A stretch of 64,000 nt of DNA. Source: an uncultured Faecalibacterium sp. (GTDB lineage: Bacteria > Bacillota > Clostridia > Oscillospirales > Ruminococcaceae). The DNA lies in assembly GCA_900540455.1 (NCBI GenBank), contig UQGD01000003.1:28325-92324 (forward strand), read 5' to 3'. The position numbers and the translations under genes are program-made. Below are positions 1-9,388 of the stretch, in pieces. The notes beneath the pieces are model-generated. The model had not been told where the DNA came from and made no database searches. It saw only the letters and a list, made by a program, of their open reading frames with translations. How positions within the stretch are numbered: the stretch's first letter is position 1; the number at the start of each line of letters is the position of its first letter.

Positions 1-2222
1 CGCAGCGCATTGCTGACAACACAAAAACTGGACAGGCTCATGGCAGCTGCGCCAAACATGGGGTTCAGCGTCAGCCCAAAGGGGATAAAGACGCCGGCTG
101 CCAGCGGGATGCCGATCACGTTGTAGAAAAAGGCCCAGAAAAGATTTTCGTGGATGTTGCGCAGGGTGGCCCGGCTCAGCCGGATGGCGGCGGGCACGTC
201 GGACAGGCGGGAGTTCATCAGGACGACATCGGCGGCATCCAGCGCCACATCCGCCCCAGCGCCAATGGCAATGCCGGTGTCTGCCCGGGTCAGCGCCGGA
301 GCATCGTTGATGCCGTCGCCCACCATGGCCACCTTGCCTTCGGCCTGCAAACGGCGGATCACGGCCTCTTTGCCGTCCGGCAGCACCCCGGCGATGACCT
401 CATCCACCCCGGCGGCACGTCCGATGGCGTTGGCTGTGCGCTGGTTGTCGCCGGTCAGCATCACGACACGGATGCCCATCTCCCGCAGCTGCCGGATCGC
501 CTGGGGGCTGTCCTCCTTTAAGGTGTCTGCAACCGCCACCAGACCCATCAGCCGTCCGGCTCCGCCAAAGAACAGCGGGGTCTTGCCCTCTTCAGCCAGG
601 CGCTGTGCTGCCTGCTCCAAAGCAGGGGACAGCGGCGCTTTTGTCTTGGCAAAAGCCGCACTTCCGCCAAACAGCTCGGTCCCGCCCAGCTTGGCGGTCA
701 GGCCGTTGCCGGGCAGAGCGGTAAAGCTCTCCACCTCCGGCGGGCTCATCTGTTGCTGCTGGGCATAGTCCAGGATGGCCTTTGCCAGCGGATGCTCGCT
801 TTTGCGCTCCAGCGCAGCGGCCAGGTTCAGCAGCTCGGTCTCGGTCACACCTTCGGCGGGCAGCAGGTCGGTGACCCGGGGCTGTCCCTGGGTGATGGTG
901 CCGGTCTTATCCAGCGCCACGATCTGGGTGCGGCCTGCAGCTTCCAGCGAGGCAGCGGTCTTGAACAGGATGCCGTTTTTTGCACCCTGCCCGTTGCCCA
1001 CCATGATCGCCACCGGCGTGGCCAGACCCAGAGCACACGGACAGCTGATGACCAGCACCGAGATGCCGCGGGCCAGGGCAAACCCGGCCTCCCGGCCCAG
1101 CAGCAGCCAAACCACGGTGGTGACGGCGGCAATGGTGATCACAGCCGGGACAAAGACGCCGGAGACCTTGTCTGCGATCTGGGCGATGGGGGCTTTGGTG
1201 GCAGCGGCATCGCTTACCATGCGGATGATCTGTGCCAGGGTGGTATCCTCACCCACACGGGTGGCCTCGCACTTCAAAAAGCCGGATTGGTTCGCCGTGG
1301 CTGCCGAGACCCGGTCTCCGGCGGCTTTGTCCACGGGGATGCTTTCGCCGGTCAGAGCGCTCTCGTTCACAGCGCTTTCGCCCTCCAGCACGATGCCGTC
1401 CACAGGGATGTTTTCGCCGGGGCGCACAACAAAGAGATCGCCTTTGCGCACCTCTGCAATGGGGACGGTCACTTCGGCGCCATCCCGCACCAGAGTGGCC
1501 GTCTGGGGGGCCAGTTTCATCAGGCTTTTCAGTGCATCGGTGGTCTTGCCCTTGGAGCGTGCTTCCAGCATTTTGCCCACCGTGATCAGGGTCAGGATCA
1601 TGGCGGCAGACTCAAAGTAGAACTCCATCATGTAGTGTTCCACCAAAGCCATATCGCCGTGGAGCTGCGCGCTGGTCATCTGGAACAGGGCGTAGGTGCT
1701 CCATCCAAAGCTGGCGGCGGAACCAAGGGCGACCAAAGTGTCCATGTTGGGTGCGCCGTGGAGCAGCCCCTTAAAGCCGTTGATAAAAAACTTTTGGTTG
1801 ATGACCATAACAGCGCCGGACAGCAAAAGCTGCACCAGCCCCATGGCGATGTGGTTGCCCTCAAACCAGGCGGGCACAGGCCAGCCCCACATCATATGCC
1901 CCATAGAAAAGTACATCAGCACCAGCAAAAAGCCCAAAGAGGCGATCAGTCTCCGGCGCAGCTGCGGGGTCTCGTGGTCAGCCAGGGCATCCAGCTGGGC
2001 GCTGGGGGCGGCAGGGGAGGCGGCGTTTTTCGGGCTGGCGCCGTAACCGGCATTCTCCACCGCCTGCAGGATCTCTGCCTCGCTGGCAGTGCCCTCCACT
2101 CCCATGGAATTGGTCAGCAAGCTGACCGAACAGCTGGTGACCCCTGGCACGCTTTTTACGGCTTTTTCTACCCGGGCAGAGCAAGCCGCACAGCTCATGC
2201 CGGTAACATTGTATTGTTCCAT
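1..2222 (-). CDS. copA: Copper-translocating P-type ATPase, partial: the C-terminal end runs off the window start
   Basis: The minus-strand translation from the ATG at 2222 begins [22 protein letters not shown], a heavy-metal-associated GMxCxxC motif. Near 250-340 the reverse frame encodes [14 protein letters not shown], the P-type ATPase hinge motif. A GGAGGA RBS sits upstream. The ORF is absent from the track because it has no in-window stop. Confidence 0.9.
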   Translation of the reverse strand, partial: MEQYNVTGMSCAACSARVEKAVKSVPGVTSCSVSLLTNSMGVEGTASEAEILQAVENAGYGASPKNAASPAAPSAQLDALADHETPQLRRRLIASLGFLLVLMYFSMGHMMWGWPVPAWFEGNHIAMGLVQLLLSGAVMVINQKFFINGFKGLLHGAPNMDTLVALGSAASFGWSTYALFQMTSAQLHGDMALVEHYMMEFYFESAAMILTLITVGKMLEARSKGKTTDALKSLMKLAPQTATLVRDGAEVTVPIAEVRKGDLFVVRPGENIPVDGIVLEGESAVNESALTGESIPVDKAAGDRVSAATANQSGFLKCEATRVGEDTTLAQIIRMVSDAAATKAPIAQIADKVSGVFVPAVITIAAVTTVVWLLLGREAGFALARGISVLVISCPCALGLATPVAIMVGNGQGAKNGILFKTAASLEAAGRTQIVALDKTGTITQGQPRVTDLLPAEGVTETELLNLAAALERKSEHPLAKAILDYAQQQQMSPPEVESFTALPGNGLTAKLGGTELFGGSAAFAKTKAPLSPALEQAAQRLAEEGKTPLFFGGAGRLMGLVAVADTLKEDSPQAIRQLREMGIRVVMLTGDNQRTANAIGRAAGVDEVIAGVLPDGKEAVIRRLQAEGKVAMVGDGINDAPALTRADTGIAIGAGADVALDAADVVLMNSRLSDVPAAIRLSRATLRNIHENLFWAFFYNVIGIPLAAGVFIPFGLTLNPMFGAAAMSLSSFCVVSNAL

Positions 2223-2249
2223 CCTTCCTCCTTGGTCTGGTCAAACGAT

Positions 2250-2585
2250 TCAGCGCATCAGGCGCTGCAAAACATCCAGCAGCTCGTCCACTTTGTCCTC
2301 TTTGCCCTGGCGCAGGTCCTCTGCAACACATACCCGGATGTGCTGGTCCAACAGCTCCCGGGTCAGGCTGTTCAGGGCAGAGCTGGCTGCGGCGACCTGG
2401 ATCAGGATATCCGGGCAGTAGGCATCCCGCTCGATCATGCCCCGGATGCCCCGGACCTGTCCTTCGATCCGGCTCAGCCGGTTGGAAAGCTTTTTGGTCT
2501 CCTCGGGGGTGCGTTTGCGGTGGCGGCAGCAGCACGCTGCTTCTTCCTGGGGGGCGGGGGAGCACTGCGGATGATCGGATAACAT
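2250..2585 (-). CDS. csoR: CsoR/RcnR-family copper-sensing transcriptional repressor
   Basis: The 111-aa product, MLSDHPQCSP...RIEGQVRGIRGMIERDAYCPDILIQV, matches the CsoR DUF156 fold. An AAAGGAG RBS lies 6 nt upstream. The gene sits 27 nt upstream of copA on the same strand. Confidence 0.85.
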   Translation of the reverse strand: MLSDHPQCSPAPQEEAACCCRHRKRTPEETKKLSNRLSRIEGQVRGIRGMIERDAYCPDILIQVAAASSALNSLTRELLDQHIRVCVAEDLRQGKEDKVDELLDVLQRLMR

Positions 2586-2670
2586 AGAAAACTCCTTTCC
2601 TGAGAGAACGGCGGCGGGCACTTTCCGGCTCCGGCAGTTCTCCTTTGCAGGTGGTCGGTGCGGGAAAAGC

Positions 2671-2692
2671 TATATACCCTATGGGGGTATAT
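2671..2692. promoter_or_regulatory. Putative CsoR operator, a GC-cored pseudopalindrome (ATATACCC-TATGG-GGGTATAT), in the csoR-copA promoter region
   Basis: The inverted repeat is seen directly in the sequence. It resembles the B. subtilis CsoR operator type TACCCnnnnGGGGTA. Confidence 0.55.
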
Positions 2693-2778
2693 CTGCAAGC
2701 TGATTCTACCATGGTTTGTCCCGTAAAACAAGCAGCAATGCCTGCTGCGGTTGTGAAAATACTGTGAAAACGCTGCGC

Positions 2779-2826
2779 AAAAAATAAAAAAGCCGCTGTA
2801 CAGCCGGTCAAGGGCCGTACAGCGGC
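2779..2826 (-). terminator. Rho-independent terminator for the isomerase/esterase transcription unit
   Basis: A 10-bp perfect stem, gccgctgtac/gtacagcggc, is followed on the minus strand by a U-run. Confidence 0.6.
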
Positions 2827-2846
2827 AGAAATATATAGAGGAAAGA

Positions 2847-3683
2847 TCAGCCGCAGAAGCTGCGGATAAAGGCGATGTCGCTGGCAGCACGGGCGGGGAC
2901 CGCTTCCTCCCGCAGCACAGGCAGACTGTCCTGCGGCAGCTGACGCAGCATGGCAAAGCCGCCGGCGTAGTCGATGACCGAGTCCTCCAGGCTGGTGGAA
3001 TAGTGGCTGCCGTCCGGCCGGAACGCCTGGCCCTTAAAATGGACCGCAGCGATCTTGTCGCCGTACCAGTTGGCGGCTTTATCCCAGATCCGGCGCTGTG
3101 CGTCCAGGCTGGCATCCTCGGCGCCGATATAGTTGGCCAGGTCAAAGATCACCCGCAGATTGGGGCTGGCCATGGTGTCCAGTACCATCTTGACCGCCTC
3201 TGGGGTGTTCATAGCATGGTGGTAAACACATTCCACGCCAAACAATACGCCCTGCTCCTCGCAGGCGGGCAGGATCTCTGCCAGGCTGCGCAGCAGCGCT
3301 TCCTGAGCTTCCCGCCGGGTGACACCGGGCTGCTTGCTCATGCTGGTGGTCTCGCTGCCCATGCAGACGCTGCCCAGGAGCTTTGCATTGCGGATCTGTC
3401 CCAGTACCTTGGCGGTCTCGGCTCTGCGGCGCTCCTCGTCTGCATAGGACAGCTCTACATAGGTTCCGTAGACCGCAGCTTGTACGCCGCTTTTCTGGAT
3501 GGCGTCCTGGGTCTCGGCTACCAGGGCAGGGGTCACGTCCCCGTAGCTGGATACGCCCTGGATGGCCTTGGTATACGCCAGCTGGGTGCAGGCAAAGCCT
3601 GCCTCCCCGATGGCCTGGAACAGCTGTTCCGGGGTCTGGCGGCCAAAATCATGGCCGCGTGCGCCAATCATAAACTTGGGCAT
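2847..3683 (-). CDS. Sugar phosphate isomerase/epimerase (xylose-isomerase-like TIM barrel)
   Basis: The product begins MPKFMIGARGHDFG and has an overall AP-endonuclease-2 / TIM-barrel character. An AAGGAGGAG RBS precedes the start. Confidence 0.6.
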   Translation of the reverse strand: MPKFMIGARGHDFGRQTPEQLFQAIGEAGFACTQLAYTKAIQGVSSYGDVTPALVAETQDAIQKSGVQAAVYGTYVELSYADEERRRAETAKVLGQIRNAKLLGSVCMGSETTSMSKQPGVTRREAQEALLRSLAEILPACEEQGVLFGVECVYHHAMNTPEAVKMVLDTMASPNLRVIFDLANYIGAEDASLDAQRRIWDKAANWYGDKIAAVHFKGQAFRPDGSHYSTSLEDSVIDYAGGFAMLRQLPQDSLPVLREEAVPARAASDIAFIRSFCG

Positions 3684-3687
3684 AGCG

Positions 3688-4476
3688 TTACTCCTCCTTG
3701 CCCTGCTGGCCGAACAGACGCTCGGCAAACAGGTTCCACTGCCGTCCCCACCAGTACCAATCGTGGGCTACATCGTAGCCCCAGACTTCCAGATGCACCG
3801 GCAGTCCCTGCGCCTGCAGCAGCTGCGCCAGCGCCTGGGTGTCGGCCAGAGCATCCTGCTCATAGGGGCCTTGTCCGGCGCAAAGGGTCAGCTGATCCGG
3901 CTTTGCCTGTGCCAGAAGGGTCTTGTCCGTCAGGCCGTCTTTGTGCAGATATTCCGTGGGACTGTTGCGCAGCCAAAGGTCATCCCGGGCGATCTCCTGC
4001 CCCTGCGCAAAACGATGCAGGTCGTACAGGCCGGACAGCCCCACCGCACCGGTAAACAGGGCGGGGCGGCGCAGACGGCAGTTTACTGCTTGGTAAGCGC
4101 CGATGTCCACACCGGCACACCAAAGGGAGGTTTTGGGGGTCTTGCCGCCAGCGGCGTTCAGCTCCAGGATGCGGGGAGCCAGCTCCCGGGTCAGGTAGCA
4201 GAAATATTCCTCCTGCATCTCAGCCCGGCGGCGCAGAGGCAGGTCTGCATCCAGCAGACCCTCGCCGTCCAGGCCGTCCGCGCAGAACAGCTGCATCTTG
4301 CCTGCATGCAGCAGGGGAGCGCAGGCCGCCACCAGGCCCTGATCTTCCCAATCATAAAAGCGTCCGCCGCGGCCGGGCAATGCCAGCACAGGGCAGCCGC
4401 TGTGCCCAAACACCTTGAACTCCATATCCCGGCCCAGGGTGGGGCTCCACTCCTTGTAATATGTGCCTTCGATCAT
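3688..4476 (-). CDS. Putative esterase (esterase D / PF00756-like alpha/beta hydrolase)
   Basis: The N-terminus, MIEGTYYKEWSPTLGRDMEFKVFGH, is typical of the putative-esterase family. A GGGAGAGG RBS precedes the start. Confidence 0.6.
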   Translation of the reverse strand: MIEGTYYKEWSPTLGRDMEFKVFGHSGCPVLALPGRGGRFYDWEDQGLVAACAPLLHAGKMQLFCADGLDGEGLLDADLPLRRRAEMQEEYFCYLTRELAPRILELNAAGGKTPKTSLWCAGVDIGAYQAVNCRLRRPALFTGAVGLSGLYDLHRFAQGQEIARDDLWLRNSPTEYLHKDGLTDKTLLAQAKPDQLTLCAGQGPYEQDALADTQALAQLLQAQGLPVHLEVWGYDVAHDWYWWGRQWNLFAERLFGQQGKEE

Positions 4477-4506
4477 TGGTATCCTCTCCCTTTCTGTTTC
4501 AGCGGA

Positions 4507-4683
4507 TCACACGAACTGGTTGCGCTGCGGGTCGTACACATAGCCGATGGCGGCCAGCGTGCTGCACAGCTGCGCTTCGTCCGCTTCCAGGTCCTCGCAC
4601 AGGGCGGCCAGGGTGGGGTAATAGTCCCGCAGCTTCAGGTTCAGCACGCTCAGCAGCATGACGGGGTCCTTGGGCAAAACCAT
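4507..4683 (-). CDS. DUF4250-family small protein
   Basis: The product, MVLPKDPVMLLSVLNLKLRDYYPTLAALCEDLE, carries the conserved DUF4250 core LSVLNxKLRD. An AAGGAGG RBS precedes the start. Confidence 0.6.
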   Translation of the reverse strand: MVLPKDPVMLLSVLNLKLRDYYPTLAALCEDLEADEAQLCSTLAAIGYVYDPQRNQFV

Positions 4684-4735
4684 GGGGGAAAGCCTCCTTT
4701 CATAGACCGGGCGCAGATGCAGACACAAAGCCCGG

Positions 4736-4772
4736 TAAAACAAAAAGCCGGTCACTCGACAAAGTGACCGGC
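4736..4772 (-). terminator. Rho-independent terminator downstream of rpmB
   Basis: A 10-bp perfect stem, gccggtcact/agtgaccggc, has a flanking A-run on the plus strand, giving a U-run on the minus strand. Confidence 0.65.
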
Positions 4773-4785
4773 AACATGCAAAAGA

Positions 4786-4974
4786 TCAGACAGCGCGGGT
4801 GACTTTGCCAGCGCGCAGGCAGCGAGAGCATGCATAGATATACTTGGGAGAGCCCTCCACGACCGCCTTGACACGGCGGACGTTCGGCTTCCAGGTACGG
4901 TTGGAACGACGGTGGGAGTGGGAGACCTTAATGCCAAAGGCCACGCCCTTGCCGCAGCATTCACACTTTGCCAT
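4786..4974 (-). CDS. rpmB: 50S ribosomal protein L28
   Basis: The product is MAKCECCGKGVAFGIKVSHSHRRSNRTWKPNVRRVKA. A GGAGGTG RBS precedes the start. Confidence 0.95.
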   Translation of the reverse strand: MAKCECCGKGVAFGIKVSHSHRRSNRTWKPNVRRVKAVVEGSPKYIYACSRCLRAGKVTRAV

Positions 4975-5203
4975 GGTATTTGCACCTCCTAGCAATGAAG
5001 TTGAAGAATTCAAAATAATCAGCTTGACTATTCTACCAGATTCCCGTAGGAAATGCAAGTGTTTTTTCAAATTTGCGTCGGCTTTTTTGCTTTCGGGTCA
5101 AAACGCTTGTTTGTCCGGCCCAAAAATAGTATTATAGAAGATGTTTCAATACCGCAGCAGCCGCTGGGTCTGCTGGCGGACAGGATGTGCAAAGGAGAAT
5201 GAC

Positions 5204-5878
5204 ATGACCGCACAAGGCATTTACTATTTGATCCGGGCTCTGGTCACCCTGGTGGCCATTCCTTTCCATGAGGCGGGCCACGCGCTGGCCAGCTGGCTGC
5301 TGGGCGACGATACCGCAAAGCGGGAGGGGCGCCTGTCCCTGAACCCCTTTGCCCACTTTGACCTGCTGGGCACCCTGTGCATGGTGTTTGCAGGGGTGGG
5401 CTGGGCAAAGCCCGTCTCCACCGATCCCCGGAACTTCAAAAACCCCAAGGTGGGCATGGCGCTGACGGCGCTGGCAGGCCCGGTGGCGAACCTGCTGCTG
5501 GCGTATCTGGCTATGGTAGGCTGGAAGCTGATGTATTATTGGGCACCGGCCAACCAGGGCACGATGCTGGTTGCAATGTTTTTGAAGTATATGGTCTCCA
5601 TGAACGTGGGCCTGGCTGTGTTCAACCTGCTGCCGGTGCCGCCGCTGGACGGCAGCCGCATCCTGTTGGTGGCATTGCCGCAGCGGATCTATTTTGGCCT
5701 GATGCGCTATGAGCGGGTGATCCTGGTGGTGATGCTGGCCGCTGTGTGGAGCGGCTTTTTGGATACGCCGCTGTATTACCTGAACAATATGGTGTGGGAC
5801 CTGCTGAGCGCCGGGACAAGCTATATCGACCGCATCGCCTACTCCATCTATTATGCCAGCATCGGGGCGGTGATCTGA
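5204..5878 (+). CDS. Site-2 protease family (M50) zinc metalloprotease
   Basis: An HEAGH zinc motif and an LPVPPLDGSR motif are present. An AAAGGAGA RBS precedes the start. Confidence 0.85.
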   Translation: MTAQGIYYLIRALVTLVAIPFHEAGHALASWLLGDDTAKREGRLSLNPFAHFDLLGTLCMVFAGVGWAKPVSTDPRNFKNPKVGMALTALAGPVANLLLAYLAMVGWKLMYYWAPANQGTMLVAMFLKYMVSMNVGLAVFNLLPVPPLDGSRILLVALPQRIYFGLMRYERVILVVMLAAVWSGFLDTPLYYLNNMVWDLLSAGTSYIDRIAYSIYYASIGAVI

Positions 5879-5879
5879 C

Positions 5880-6623
5880 TTGAACGGGGAGATCACCTTC
5901 CATCTGGAGGACTTTGACGGCCCGCTGGAGTTGCTGCTGGCGCTGGTGTCCAAGCATAAGATGGATCTGCACAACATCCCGATCCTGACTCTGATCGACC
6001 AGTACACCCAAACGGTGGATGCGGCGCGTCAGGCCGGGCCGGAGGTGGCCAGTGCATTCATCGAGATGGCCGCCCGGCTGGTGGAGATGAAGAGCTTTCT
6101 GCTGCTGCCCCGCAGCGAAGAAGGAGAGCGGATGAAGGAGGAGCTGACCGGTCAGCTGGTGGAATACGACCAGTGCCGGCGTCTGGCTGAAAACCTGCGC
6201 CAACGGGCGGAACAAACGGCGCTTTTTGTGCGGCAGCCCCTGGTGCTGGAGTGGGACGATACCTATGCGCTGCATCATCCGGCGCAGATGCTGGTGGATA
6301 GCTGGCAGGCCCTGAACGGCCGGGCGGTCGTTCGTCCGGCGCAGCCCACACCGCAGCAATTCGAGCCGGTGGTGGCAGCGCCGCAGGTCTCGGTGGTCAG
6401 CCGGGTGGTCCATATCCTGCGTCGGCTGGTGGGGGGCGGGGCTGCCCGGCTGGGGCAGCTGTTCACGCCCCGGCAATCCCGCAGTGCCAACATCGCCACC
6501 TTTCTGGCGCTGCTGGAGCTGGTGCGGGGCGGCCGGGTGCAGCTGGATGACGGCGGAGCGGTAACGCTGCGCCGGGGCCGGCTGGCAAAACCAGAAAAGG
6601 GGAGAGAGAATGAACCAGACTGA
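5880..6623 (+). CDS. scpA: Segregation and condensation protein A
   Basis: The N-terminus, FHLEDFDGPLELLLALVSKHKMDLHNIPI, is typical of ScpA. The start appears to be a TTG codon. Confidence 0.85.
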   Translation: MNGEITFHLEDFDGPLELLLALVSKHKMDLHNIPILTLIDQYTQTVDAARQAGPEVASAFIEMAARLVEMKSFLLLPRSEEGERMKEELTGQLVEYDQCRRLAENLRQRAEQTALFVRQPLVLEWDDTYALHHPAQMLVDSWQALNGRAVVRPAQPTPQQFEPVVAAPQVSVVSRVVHILRRLVGGGAARLGQLFTPRQSRSANIATFLALLELVRGGRVQLDDGGAVTLRRGRLAKPEKGRENEPD

Positions 6624-7140
6624 ATTGAGTGCCGCTTTAGAGGCCATGCTTTTTGCCTGCGGGGAACCCATTGGGGCGGACAAGCTGGCCCAGGCGCTGG
6701 GTCAGCCCCAGGCAGCGGTGGAAGCCGGACTGGAGAAGCTGCAGGCCAGCTATCTCCGCCCGTCCTGCGGACTGTGTCTTTTGCAGTTGGAAGACCGCTG
6801 GCAGCTGGCTTCTAAAAATCAGCAGGCTGTGTGGGTGCGCCGGGTGCTGGACACCCGCAAGGCGGTGCCCCTGGGACCGGCTGCGATGGAGACGCTGACC
6901 GTGATCGCTTACAATCAGCCGGTCTCCCGTGCGTTCATTGAACAGGTGCGGGGGGTGGACTCCTCCTCCAGTGTGGCCAGTCTGCTGGATAAGGGGCTGA
7001 TCGAGGAGGCAGGCCGTCTGGATCTGCCGGGCCGGCCGGTCAGTTTTCGGACCACCGATGTATTCCTGCGCACCTTTGGGCTTTCCAGCCTGGCAGAGCT
7101 GCCCCCCGTGCACCCACAGGAAGAGGAGGGAAGACCATGA
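6610..7140 (+). CDS. scpB: Segregation and condensation protein B
   Basis: The product begins MNQTELSAALEAMLFACGEPIG and overlaps scpA by 14 nt. A GGGGAGAGAG RBS precedes the start. Confidence 0.9.
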   Translation: MNQTELSAALEAMLFACGEPIGADKLAQALGQPQAAVEAGLEKLQASYLRPSCGLCLLQLEDRWQLASKNQQAVWVRRVLDTRKAVPLGPAAMETLTVIAYNQPVSRAFIEQVRGVDSSSSVASLLDKGLIEEAGRLDLPGRPVSFRTTDVFLRTFGLSSLAELPPVHPQEEEGRP

Positions 7141-7859
7141 GCGCATTTTTGGCTGTACTGGGCACGGTGCTGCTGTTTTTGGGCAAGTTGCTGCTGATCC
7201 TGGTGCTGCTTGTGTTGGCGGTCGGCGTGTTTTTGCTGCTCTGCCCTTTCTGTGCCGATGTCTGCTGGGAGGGGGAGACCCTTACGGTCCGGGCGGGAGC
7301 AATGGGGCTGACCTTTCCGGTGTTCCAGTACCCAAAGCCGGAGCCTGCCGCTCCGCAGACACCGCCCACCGGCTGGCGCGGGAAGCTGAAAGCCCGGTTC
7401 GCGGCCTGGCGGGCCAAGCGCAAAGAGCGTGCCGCCAAAAAAACTGCGCCTGCTAAGCCAAAAGAACCCACCCCCCCAAAGCAAAAGGCAAAGCTGACCC
7501 TGCAAGTGGTCTGCACCCTGGCACGGGGCTGCGGGCGGATCATGGGGGCTGTGCTTGGGGCGCTGCGTTTTACAAAGATCGATGTCTGTCTGGGCGTCCG
7601 CGGAGAGGACCCCGCAGAGGCAGCCCGCAGCTATGGCCGCCTGAATGCCTGGCTTTACCCGGTGCTGGGCGTGCTGGACCGGACCTTTTACCTGCAATTT
7701 GACCGGTTTCGCATCCTGCCGGATTTTGGCGGGCCGGAGCCGTCCGTGCAGGACCACGTGTCGTTCCGGGTATCTGCCCAGGCTCTGTTTATCGTGATCA
7801 CCACAGTGCAGGTGCTGATGGAGATGTGGAGGGAAAAAGTGCTGGACGTTTTCCTCTGA
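7137..7859 (+). CDS. Hypothetical membrane protein (DUF2953-like), commonly found after scpB in Clostridia
   Basis: An N-terminal TM helix is followed by a Lys/Pro-rich linker. The start overlaps the scpB stop through ATGA. Confidence 0.5.
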   Translation: MSAFLAVLGTVLLFLGKLLLILVLLVLAVGVFLLLCPFCADVCWEGETLTVRAGAMGLTFPVFQYPKPEPAAPQTPPTGWRGKLKARFAAWRAKRKERAAKKTAPAKPKEPTPPKQKAKLTLQVVCTLARGCGRIMGAVLGALRFTKIDVCLGVRGEDPAEAARSYGRLNAWLYPVLGVLDRTFYLQFDRFRILPDFGGPEPSVQDHVSFRVSAQALFIVITTVQVLMEMWREKVLDVFL

Positions 7860-7964
7860 ACTATGGTACAATATCCAGTGAGCAGGCTGTTTTCTCCGCT
7901 CTGTTTTTGACGGGGCGGGTTTTCCACACAGAGAAAAACAGAGAATCAAAGGAGGCCGATTGTT

Positions 7965-8408
7965 ATGGCTGAGCATCCCATTCAAGGTTTGATGGACGTT
8001 ACGATGGACAAGATCCATCAGATGGTGGACTCCAATACGATCATTGGCAAGGCGATCACTACCCCCGATGGCACCACGATCCTGCCGGTGTCCAAAGTGT
8101 CTTTTGGGTTCGCTTCCGGCGGCACGGACTTTGACGGCAAGAACGCCGCCAACCGGGAGCTGTTCGGCGGCGGTTCCGGCGCAGGAGTCAACATCCAGCC
8201 GGTGGCATTTCTGGTGGTCAAGGATGGCTGCGTGCGTACCATCCAGCTGTCCAATGCGTCCAACTCGGTGGACCGGGCACTGACCATGCTGCCGGAGCTG
8301 GTGGATAAGATCCTGGCAACGGTCAAAAAGGAGGAGGCTGCCCCCGCAGAGGGCAAGGCTGCTCCGCAGCAGCCGGAGCAGACGCCCCCGGCAGCACAGA
8401 CGAACTGA
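7965..8408 (+). CDS. ytfJ: Sporulation protein YtfJ (GerW family)
   Basis: The product contains GKAITTPDGTTILPVSKVSFGFASGGTDFDGK. An AAAGGAGG RBS precedes the start. Confidence 0.8.
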   Translation: MAEHPIQGLMDVTMDKIHQMVDSNTIIGKAITTPDGTTILPVSKVSFGFASGGTDFDGKNAANRELFGGGSGAGVNIQPVAFLVVKDGCVRTIQLSNASNSVDRALTMLPELVDKILATVKKEEAAPAEGKAAPQQPEQTPPAAQTN

Positions 8409-8474
8409 TTTTGCACCCCGGGTCCTTGCACCAGGGGTTTGAGCGCCGGGAGGCGCACAAAGGAGAGAGATTTT

Positions 8475-9275
8475 ATGGCAGAAGAACGTATCCAGAAGAT
8501 CATGAGCGAGCAGGGGCTGTGCTCCCGCCGGGCAGCAGAGCAGATCATTGCCGAAGGGCGGGTCAAGGTCAATGGCCACCCGGTAAAAGTGGGGGACAAG
8601 ATGGACCCCAACCGGGATATCCTGCACGTGGACGATGAGCGCATCTATATCCAAAAGGAGCAGAAGCTCTATTACCTGGCACTGTATAAGCCTCGTGGCT
8701 ATGTCACCACTGCCAGCGATGAGCTGGGCCGTAAAACGGTGATGGACCTGGTGTCGGATATCCCCGCCCGGCTCTACCCGGTGGGCCGCCTGGATAAGGA
8801 CAGCGAGGGCCTTTTGCTGATGACCAACGACGGCGCATTTGCCCAGGCGGTCACCCATCCGTCCGGCGGCATTTCCAAGCTGTACCGGGTCACGGTGCAG
8901 CCCCATGCAGATGAGGACCAGATCCTGCGTCTGAGCGCCGGTGTGGTGCTGGATGATGGGACCAAGACCCTGCCCTGCGCCATCAATGTGGTGTCGGACG
9001 AGCCGGGCCGTACCGTGATGGAAATGACCCTGAAAGAGGGCAAAAACCGTGAGATCCGCCGTATGTGTGAGGCTGTGGGTCTGGAAGTGGTGCGCCTGAA
9101 GCGCAACGCCGAAGGCGTGGTCAAGCTGGGGATGCTGGCTCCGGGCAAGTACCGGGAGCTGACCAAGCAGGAGGTATCCGGTCTGCGGGCTGCCGCTGCA
9201 AAGGGCCGTGCCCAGACCCGCAGCGCTGCCCAGGCAGCAGGCGGCTCGGTGCGCCGCACCCATAAGAAGAAGTGA
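8475..9275 (+). CDS. rluB: Ribosomal large-subunit pseudouridine synthase B
   Basis: An S4 domain, RLQKIMSEQGLCSRRAAEQII, and the RluB core, YKPRGYVTTASDELGRKTV...GRLDKDSEGLLLMTNDG, are present. Confidence 0.9.
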   Translation: MAEERIQKIMSEQGLCSRRAAEQIIAEGRVKVNGHPVKVGDKMDPNRDILHVDDERIYIQKEQKLYYLALYKPRGYVTTASDELGRKTVMDLVSDIPARLYPVGRLDKDSEGLLLMTNDGAFAQAVTHPSGGISKLYRVTVQPHADEDQILRLSAGVVLDDGTKTLPCAINVVSDEPGRTVMEMTLKEGKNREIRRMCEAVGLEVVRLKRNAEGVVKLGMLAPGKYRELTKQEVSGLRAAAAKGRAQTRSAAQAAGGSVRRTHKKK

Positions 9276-9315
9276 CTGCCTGCACGTTTTGTCGGTGCAG
9301 ATGGTCGAATAGTAC

Positions 9316-9344
9316 TTGTGAAACCAGGGAGAACATAGTATAAT
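9316..9344 (+). promoter_or_regulatory. Sigma-70-type promoter (TTGTGA-17-TATAAT) upstream of the carboxyltransferase operon
   Basis: The hexamers and the 17-nt spacer were read directly from the sequence. Confidence 0.55.
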
Positions 9345-9388
9345 AGAGACAATTTTGAAAGCTTTTTAGACAAGCAGGAGGTCTTACC

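Noticed and set aside
753-2582. A 609-aa plus-strand ORF, and other plus-strand ORFs over 150-2800.
   Set aside because: These are antisense to the clearly identified copA (GMSCAAC and [10 protein letters not shown] motifs) and csoR genes. Their translations are low-complexity Gly/Ala/His-rich, typical of spurious frames in high-GC DNA.
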